The translations under genes and the position numbers were made by a program. A DNA stretch of 64,000 nucleotides from the human T2T-CHM13v2.0 reference genome, Homo sapiens: the NCBI RefSeq assembly GCF_009914755.1, contig NC_060928.1; one strand, given 5' to 3'. The notes below the pieces were generated by a model. The model searched no databases. It was not told where the DNA came from and worked only from the letters and a program-made list of their open reading frames with translations. Positions 55,301-64,000 of the stretch are shown here, piece by piece. Positions within the stretch are counted from its first letter, which is position 1. Each line of letters opens with the position of its first letter.

Positions 55301-56344
55301 ACTAAGTACATTTTAGTCTTTTTTTAAATTTAATACTTATAAACTGTATCATGTACTTTGAAAACAGGTGAAAATCACTTAAAATTATTTTATTTAAATT
55401 GTATTTTCCAGAAGAGTAGGTTGTGGGTTAGTCGTCTTTGCAATTTGTCATGCAATTTGCTGGGATGTCAGCTTCAGCTGGGCTCGTTGTCATCTTGGCC
55501 TGAAAAACAGCAAATGATGAAGCAAAGTGTGAGAAATTGTCTCATATTTTATGGCTCACTGAGTGAATGAATCAACTCAGGATGCTGCAGCATTGCCTGC
55601 AGGAGTCTGTGTCTGTGAAACTGCTGAAATTCCAAACGGAGTAGCTGATGGACTCTGGGCAGTATTCATGGTCCAAAAGGGTGTTGGCTTTCCTCCCCAG
55701 ATTTAAGAACTGTAATTTTGAAATGAAGATGACATGTCATTTTCCATTTGTGACAAATCCTAGGAGCTGCTATACTGGTATTCTATCTGAATAAGGATAT
55801 AAAAAAGATCCAAGTATACCTTCTACAAAGTAAAAACATATCCTTTTGAAGTGTCATGTTTGATGAGTTTTGATAAAGATATCAACTCATGTAGCCACTG
55901 CCACAACCAAGATATAGAATATTTACATTATGCTCCCAAAGTTCCCTCTTGCCCATTTTTAGTCGGTCACTCTGCCCCCTACCAGTCCCAGATAACCACT
56001 GATCCAATTTTATCACTATAGAATTTTATAGAAATAGAATAATGCACTAGGCACTCTCATTGTCTGACTTTCACTCAGCATAATATTTGTGAAATTTATT
56101 CATGTTTTTGCAGGAGCTCATTCCTTTTAGTCTCTGAGTAGTATTTCATACTATGGGGTTATACCACAATCTTTCCTACTTTCATTGTCCTTAGTTTTTT
56201 ATTTTGTTACTGAAGTTGCTATGAATATTTATGTCCAATACTTTTTTGGACATATATGCTTTTATTTATCTTGGATTAAATACCTAGAATTGATATTACT
56301 GGGTCATGAACCTGTATAGATAATTTTAAAAGAAACTGACAAAG

Positions 56345-56781
<437 letters not shown>

Positions 56782-57131
56782 AAATTAGCACATTTTATAT
56801 ACTGTGTTGAAATTCACAGGAAAGCTTGTCTTCTGTAAATGACTTTTGAATACAGATTTGTTCAGACATCTCTAACATTACACATACTGTACTGGTCCAC
56901 TGGATTGAAGGCAGAGAGAAGGAAGGGAGGAGAGAATGGTTCAAGGCCAAAATGGTCATATTTAGAAGATACCTCAGATTATAACCATTATTATATATGT
57001 GCAATTTTAACATAGCAGAAAAGTTATATGAAATTTCCAGTCTTTCTACATATTTAGAAGTGCTTGATGCATTTAAACGTAGAAGTAGTAGAATAACACT
57101 TCTTATAAATAGCTATTAAAAACTGATGGGA

Positions 57132-57479
<348 letters not shown>

Positions 57480-59193
57480 TTAATCCACCTCTGAACAGTG
57501 AACAGTGTACTTTCTATACTTGTTCATTGGGTTGAGGGAGATGGGAGGGAAGAAATTGCAAAAGGCATTTTGCTAGTGTGTACTAGAAAATGTCAGCTTA
57601 TCCATTGTCCTTTATACCCAAATGCCCTTGACAGTGCATTTTATTTAACTTAACTATACTGTATATACTGTATATATTGGACAAATGAATCCTAATTTTA
57701 TAATATCTAGTCACTAGATATTAGAGATTGTCAATGTATGACAAAAGGAGAGTTAGTAAACTAACACATTTTGTACATTTTATGTTAAGATGTATACAAA
57801 GATTGTATTTTGAAAAAGACTTCAGGAAGTGAAATGATAGCATCAGCTTTGACACATGTGCCCATATTTACCAGGTTGTTCGTAGAGAGGAGTTGAAAGA
57901 AATAAAGGATTCTAGACCAGAACGTTCCTATTTAGAAAACACTTTCAGATATAACAGTTGTTACATGTGTGTAGTTTATTCAACAATACTGTGTATATAG
58001 TAAACAAACTTAAGTCTTTATTTGAAACAGCTAGTCTTTCTAGATATTTAGAAGTACGTAAATATGTTAAAAGTAGAGGTAGTAAATTTCCACATTTTAT
58101 AGATAGCCTTTTGATATAAAATATTGTCCCTTGGAAAGTGATCAAACCACTCCTCTGAGCAGTACACATTATTTGTGCTGGTACAGGGAGGAAGGAGGAG
58201 AAGAAAGTGCAAAGGCCTTTACACCAGTGTGTTTATGGTGAGGCACAATTGACCACTGTTCCTTGTATCTACATTTTCTTTTACTTTGCTGTGTATATAG
58301 TATATATAAATGGGCAAACGTATCCTAATTTACAACATCTAGTCTTTCTAAATGTTAAAGAGTTTGCCAGTGTATGACAAAAGCAGAGGTTAGTAAACTA
58401 ATAAATTGAGAACATTTTGTTTTAAAATTCATAAGAAAGACTATTCTTAAAAACACTTAAAGAAGTGAAATTGTTAAATCTTGTCTAAGCATTACAAATG
58501 CTTATACCTGTCAACTGTGTTGATAGAGGTAGGAAGGGGAAGGGTTCTAGGCCAGAATGTTCTTATTTAGAAGACACTTTCAAATATAACCTGTGTTATG
58601 TGCACCACTTATTTAATGCTACTGTGTCTATGGTGGAAAACTTAAGTCCTATTTGAAATATCTAGTCTTTTCACATGCTTAAAATTGCACAACATAGTTT
58701 AAAACTAGAGGGCTAAAGTAACACCCTGAGGTAGTTTTTTGGTTAATTCCTAGGAGTGGTTGTGCTTGGGAATGCAATTGTTAAGCTTGATGTTTGGAGA
58801 GTATGCTGACTGTTTATTGGGTGGCAGCAAGTCAGGGGAGGAGAAAGTATGCATGCAGAAGTGTTCCGTGCCTGTAAGTTTGATTAGGTCGGATGTTCTA
58901 ACCATTGTTGTATATGTGCCTTTTAGTTAGTACTGTTATGTATTAAAGGATAAATAAGTCCTAATCCCCAAAGTATGTTAAAAGTAGAGGTAGTAAAACA
59001 GTTCCTACATAAATGTCTTCTCACTGGTTTTTGGGAAGGCCTGTCTTCTGGGAGTGACTTTTGTTAATCCAACTCTTGGAACTAGATGTAGTCCTATATT
59101 TAGTCACTGGGATAGTGGAAAAGGGAAAAGAGGAAAAGTGAAGGGAAGGGCTGTTTGTTAGTATCTCTACATACAGAAGAGGGTTTTAGATGA

Positions 59194-59568
59194 TGTATTA
59201 GTCGGTTCTCATGCTGCTAATAAAACCATACCGACGACTGTGTAATTTATAAAGGAAAGAGGTTTAATTGACTCACAGTTCAGCATGGCTGGGAATGCTT
59301 CAGGAAATTTACAATCATGGTGGAAGGTGAAGGGGAAGCAAGGCACTTACTTCACAGGGCAGCAGCAAGAAGTTTAAGGAGGGGGAATGCCAGACAATTA
59401 TAAAACCATCAGATCTTGTGAGACTCATTCATTATCAGGAGAACAGCATGGGGGAAACAGCTCCCATGATTCAATTACCCCCACCTGGTCCTGCACTTGA
59501 CATGTGGAGATTATGGGGATTACAATTCAAGGTAAGATTTTGGTGGGGCACAGAGCCAAACCATATCA
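59194..59568 (-). mobile_element. THE1 (THE1C/D-like) MaLR solo LTR
   Basis: tgtattagtcggttctcatgctgctaataaa ... cagagccaaaccatatca; 5-bp TSD gatga / gataa. Confidence 0.92.
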
Positions 59569-60215
59569 GATAATAACCGTAGATCTATATGAGCATTGTT
59601 AGTAAAGCACCTAAGTGTATTGTGAACAAATTTAATTATTTTGCAACATCTAAGCTTTATAAATGTCTTGGGGTAACAATGTATGATAAAAAAGTAGAGC
59701 TAGTGAATTAACCAATTTGTAAATTTTTTTTGTTATAATTGATAGAAAAGATACGTCTTGGACATAGAATTATTAAACTGCCTCTGAGTAGTGTGTGTAA
59801 GGATTTGTTCATTAGGTTGGCATCAGAAGGGCAGAAGCAAATACAAAGGGAAAGATGTATGCAGATGTTTTCATATTTACATTTTGACAATAGCCATTGA
59901 GGTATGTGCATCTCTTGTGGTTGTACCATAGGAATACATTAATTAATTCAGTGGAAACATACATTCTTATTAATATTTTAATGGTATAGATCTGCTAATG
60001 AATTCTCTTAGAAACATACTTAGTATATTCTGTTGCATTATGTTTCATTTTAAATTGAGCATTAAGAGAATACAGTATTTTAATTTGAACTCTTTCAACG
60101 CTTTTATCTATAAGCATGTTGTCATTTTTGTCTTCTATGAAATTTTTACCCCAAGAAAGGCAGAATTATGTTTTTGTTTTCTTTTTTCCGACAGATTAAG
60201 TTGGTGTGATGTATT

Positions 60216-60507
60216 TTATTTTTGTTTGTTTGAGTTGGAGTCTCGCTCTGTCGCCCAGGCTGAAGCGCAGTGGCACAATCTCGGCTCACTGCGGCCTCTG
60301 CCTCCTGGATTCAAGCAATTCTCCTGCCTCAGTCTCCCAAGTAGCTGGGATTACAGGTGCCCAAAACCACACCAGGCTAATTTTGTATATTTAGGAGAGA
60401 CGGGGTTTCTCCATGTTTACCAGGCTGCTCTCAAACTCCTGAGCTCAGGTGATCTGCCCAGCCTCCCAAAGTGCTGGGATTACAGGCGTGAGCCACTGAG
60501 CCTGGCA
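60216..60507 (-). mobile_element. AluS
   Basis: TSD tggtgtgatgtatt (60202-60215) / tggtgtggtgtatt (60509-60522). Confidence 0.93.
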
Positions 60508-60812
60508 ATGGTGTGGTGTATTCTTGATTATCAAAATACTCCTATAGCTTTGGGACTTTTTATTGGTAAATATTCATGATATTCATTGTAAGTATTTAGT
60601 ATATATCGTGAAAAACCATGATACATACCGTACAATCTCAATCCCATAAAATCGGATGTTGTGTCTATACACACACAGGACCCAGAAGGACATATCAAGC
60701 TGTAAACTGCTTGTGATTGTGGATGGCTTTGTTCTTTGCTTCTTGTGTTTTTTAGTTTCCTATTATGCACATGTTAACTTTTAAAAAATAAAGATTATTT
60801 TTAAAGCCTGGG

Positions 60813-64000
<3,188 letters not shown>

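Noticed and set aside
57640-59720. Regularly spaced motifs as a CRISPR-like array or a novel satellite
   Set aside because: Eukaryotic context; the units are degenerate ~300-bp repeats explained by NORAD internal structure
59998-60579. 193-aa ORF and similar ORFs at 38145-38857, 56380-56721, 63159-63512
   Set aside because: Antisense-Alu reading frames with typical Alu-derived peptides

Overview
Human (primate) genomic DNA, recognisable as the CXCL8/IL-8 locus. The only intact protein-coding gene is CXCL8 (+ strand, 4 exons, CDS join 18424-18487, 19307-19442, 19714-19797, 20213-20228; 99 aa). It has its classical AP-1 / C/EBP / NF-kB / TATA promoter and a long AU-rich 3'UTR. The rest is intergenic and rich in transposons: Alus, L1PA/L1M, L2/MIR, MaLR LTRs, a solo LTR13, and an LTR1/HUERS-P2-like provirus carrying an inverted half of a HERV-L. 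The most interesting non-obvious items: (1) a 5'-truncated retrocopy of the lncRNA NORAD (about 56445-60812) inserted into an old L1, which keeps ~300-bp repeat units, four canonical PUMILIO elements, a stem-loop and AATAAA; (2) a 7SL pseudogene interrupted by a 157-bp ungapped copy of DNA from 3.8 kb away, with a fold-back hairpin at the junction; (3) MER53-like inverted-repeat elements inside the CXCL8 3'UTR, one with a 15-bp stem whose single mismatch sits where I recall the +2767 A/T SNP; (4) a ~420-bp quasi-palindrome with a 140-bp higher-order repeat; (5) distal NF-kB/AP-1/STAT motif clusters. Repeat subfamily names, NORAD identity and SNP identities come from my recall of consensus sequences, not from searches. 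Almost all ORFs in the supplied track are spurious or repeat-derived.
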